The notes beneath the pieces were generated by a model. The model searched no databases. It worked only from the letters and a program-made list of their open reading frames with translations, and was not told the origin of the DNA. Positions 61,938-64,000 of a DNA stretch of 64,000 nt are shown in pieces. This stretch comes from a virus. A program made the translations under genes and the position numbers. Within the stretch, counting starts at the first letter, position 1, and each line of letters opens with the position of its first letter. The stretch covers positions 1-64,000 of the IMG/VR virus record IMGVR_UViG_3300046535_001092; one strand, 5' to 3'.

Positions 61938-62250
61938 GGATCTATTAGCTAAACATTATGACGAAGTCGTGAGTAAGACCTGGAACTATGCACATAGATG
62001 TGAGACCGAGAGGGACCATACTACTAATGCAGTCCTAGGGTTGGTGGGTGAGGCTGGTGAGGTAGCTGATGCCCATAAGAAGCTATGGTTCCATGCCCCC
62101 AAGGATAGATTACATGATATCAAGCTAGAGTTAGGGGATGTTCTCTACTATCAGTCCAAGCTCCATAATATTTATGGGGTGACTATGGAGGAGTTGCTGG
62201 CTATGAACAAGGCTAAGTTGTTTGAGCGATATGAGGTTATTTCCATTTGA
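61930..62250 (+). CDS. MazG-like NTP pyrophosphohydrolase
   Basis: LGLVGEAGEVAD..KK..ELGDVLYY..N.AKL.ERY. Confidence 0.88.
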   Translation: MSKDLLAKHYDEVVSKTWNYAHRCETERDHTTNAVLGLVGEAGEVADAHKKLWFHAPKDRLHDIKLELGDVLYYQSKLHNIYGVTMEELLAMNKAKLFERYEVISI

Positions 62251-62266
62251 AGGTAGGAGGATGTCG

Positions 62267-62755
62267 ATGGCGTACACACAGGATCTAGAGAGAATCACTA
62301 ACCCCAAGCAAGATGAGACCTCCAAACCTTCCAACCCTAAGGACATCATAGGGAGTGATAAGCTCCCTTTACACCTTTGGCCGGAGACAGCTACCGCGAT
62401 GGGCTGCCTCGGCCTTTTGGATGGGATGCTCAAGTATGGCAGGAACAACTGGAGAGCCGTGGGAGTCAGGCCATCTATCTATGTAGATGCTTTGAAGAGA
62501 CATGTGAATGCGTGGTTCGACGAGGGGGAGGAGATGGACCCAGACTCTGGCCTACCTCACTTAGCGCATGCACTAGCCTGCCTAGCAATCATCGTAGACT
62601 CCCAAGCTACAGGTAATATGAATGATGATAGGATGATTAGGGGAGGCTACCGAAGGTTGGTGAACACCCTCACCCCTCATGTTAAGCGCCTAAAGGATCT
62701 ACATAAGGACAAGAGTCCATATCACTATAGTATTAAGGATAACAAAGATGTTTGA
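62267..62755 (+). CDS. dATP/dGTP diphosphohydrolase-like protein (DUF5664)
   Basis: NPKD..G..KLPL.L.P, G.LKYGRNNWR, RH..W..GEE.D.DSGLPHLAHA. Confidence 0.85.
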   Translation: MAYTQDLERITNPKQDETSKPSNPKDIIGSDKLPLHLWPETATAMGCLGLLDGMLKYGRNNWRAVGVRPSIYVDALKRHVNAWFDEGEEMDPDSGLPHLAHALACLAIIVDSQATGNMNDDRMIRGGYRRLVNTLTPHVKRLKDLHKDKSPYHYSIKDNKDV

Positions 62756-63136
62756 AATCGTACGAGTCGGTGACTATGTATTTAGAATTGACCTAAGATC
62801 TGGTCAGACTTGGAAGCTTATGGGATACGGTCTAGAGGCTCCAGTTTGGGTAGAGGTAAAGGAAAAAGGATGAGCGATGACAAAGGTATCCGAGACCACC
62901 TAAAGGATCTCACAGATAGAATTAGAGAGACAGATCTACTGGAGCGTATTAAGAAGTTGGAGAGAAAGAAATGACTGATGAACAGCTGTTAGAGGTAGTA
63001 GAGGCCATCGAGGAGAGACTCGATAGGCTAGAGTACAAAGTGTTTATGCGCCTATGGGATAGTCCTAAGCGTGTAAGGGAGGACCTAGAGAAGATTAAGA
63101 AGATCCAATCTAGGGTTAAGAAAGTCAGTAGATAAT

Positions 63137-63180
63137 AAAAAAGGCCCCAACCAAGTTAATGGAAGGGGCCTTTAGTTTTT
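63137..63180. terminator. Bidirectional Rho-independent terminator
   Basis: AAAAAAGGCCCC...GGGGCCTTTAGTTTTT between convergent genes. Confidence 0.75.
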
Positions 63181-63196
63181 GTAGGGTGCGTCTAGG

Positions 63197-63868
63197 TTAC
63201 TTACGCTCGGTGATGAACTTGATTAGGGTGTCCTGGGGGATTCCTGCAGACATCGAGCAGAACCCTTGATACTCAATAGGCACACCGAAGGGGTTACTGA
63301 TTCTGCAGAACCCTCCAGTAATCATACCCACCAACTCACCTCTCTGATTAAGAACAGGTGCCCCACTATTTCCATTAGCAGATGCGAGGTTAAGGATCAT
63401 GCGACCTCCAGGCCAGTTGGTTGCCTGGAAGCCGATATGGGCAATAGTGCCTGGGGTAAAGATGAGTTCGCTGAAGAATAGAGGGAAGCCTAGGACATAG
63501 ACTGAGTCTCCCTGCTTAACCTTCTTATCTGCTAGCTCAAGACGAGGAGTAGACTTCCCACCCTTGAACATCGCTATGTCTTTAGGAATATTAGCTACAA
63601 TAACCTGTGCTGGAACCCCACCTATCTTATAGCCGTCCATAAGGACAACTGAGGGGGCCTCCTCGGTGGTTACACAGTGTCCCGCACTCATCCAGACAAT
63701 CTCTCCCTGTGATACGGTGGAGTAGGCTGTACACATAGCTTGTAGTTCGCCCATATCGTTGAACCTCTCTAGGAGAGCAACAGACTCTGAGGGCTGTCCT
63801 GCTGAAAGATTAAGGGGCTGAAGGGCAAGGGCAATTCCAAGGAGCAGGGAGAAGAGTCTGAACTTCAA
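63197..63868 (-). CDS. Secreted trypsin-like (S1) serine protease
   Basis: Signal peptide; SAGHC, DIA, GNSGAPV triad motifs. Confidence 0.88.
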   Translation of the reverse strand: MKFRLFSLLLGIALALQPLNLSAGQPSESVALLERFNDMGELQAMCTAYSTVSQGEIVWMSAGHCVTTEEAPSVVLMDGYKIGGVPAQVIVANIPKDIAMFKGGKSTPRLELADKKVKQGDSVYVLGFPLFFSELIFTPGTIAHIGFQATNWPGGRMILNLASANGNSGAPVLNQRGELVGMITGGFCRISNPFGVPIEYQGFCSMSAGIPQDTLIKFITERK

Positions 63869-64000
63869 GGGGGCCTCCTTTCAGGAGGTGTCAACTGGCT
63901 GGGGGAACGCTTGTCGAGGGGGATCGCTTCTTTCTGGGCTTAGTTAGATTGAATGGGGTAACGGACTTAATCATAGCCCGAGGAATGAAGGTACGGCCAC

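Noticed and set aside
62267-62755. 2-aminoadenine (Z) genome
   Set aside because: No PurZ is visible in the window, DUF5664 is widespread, and an adenine methylase is present
1-64000. TAG stop-codon recoding suggested by abundant TAG
   Set aside because: Long genes (PolA, portal, TerL) are intact in the standard code, several genes end at TAG, and no suppressor tRNA is seen

Overview
A 64-kb slice of a tailed dsDNA bacteriophage genome. No integrase, CRISPR array or rRNA is seen. Layout: (1) minus-strand head/virion module, 29-14401 (TerS-like, TerL, portal, scaffold, PaP3/LUZ24-type major capsid protein, cement/structural proteins, LamG lectin protein), interrupted by an antisense HNH gene with its own promoter. 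(2) A GC/CpG-rich ~2.1-kb divergence segment, 14680-16780, probably holding the packaging site or genome end. (3) A plus-strand early region, 16.8-45 kb, with ~70 small genes, several paralog families, tRNA-Arg(UCU), an atypical tRNA-like element, many stem-closed intergenic RNA domains and a phiEco32-like amidoligase/GATase/ATP-grasp cluster. (4) A replication and nucleotide-metabolism module, 45-63 kb (RepA-type helicase, PD-(D/E)xK nuclease, resolvase, Sak4-like ATPase, SSB, phage Dam, UDG-fused PolA, NDT-like, MazG-like, DUF5664), plus a secreted metalloprotease and a glycoside-hydrolase cassette. A convergent trypsin-like protease gene ends the window. The strongest unusual observation is a 161-aa gene in the replication module (47985-48470) that is a doubly internally deleted paralog of the phage's own major capsid protein, a candidate capsid decoy. 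All family assignments are by eye from motifs; no database searches were run.
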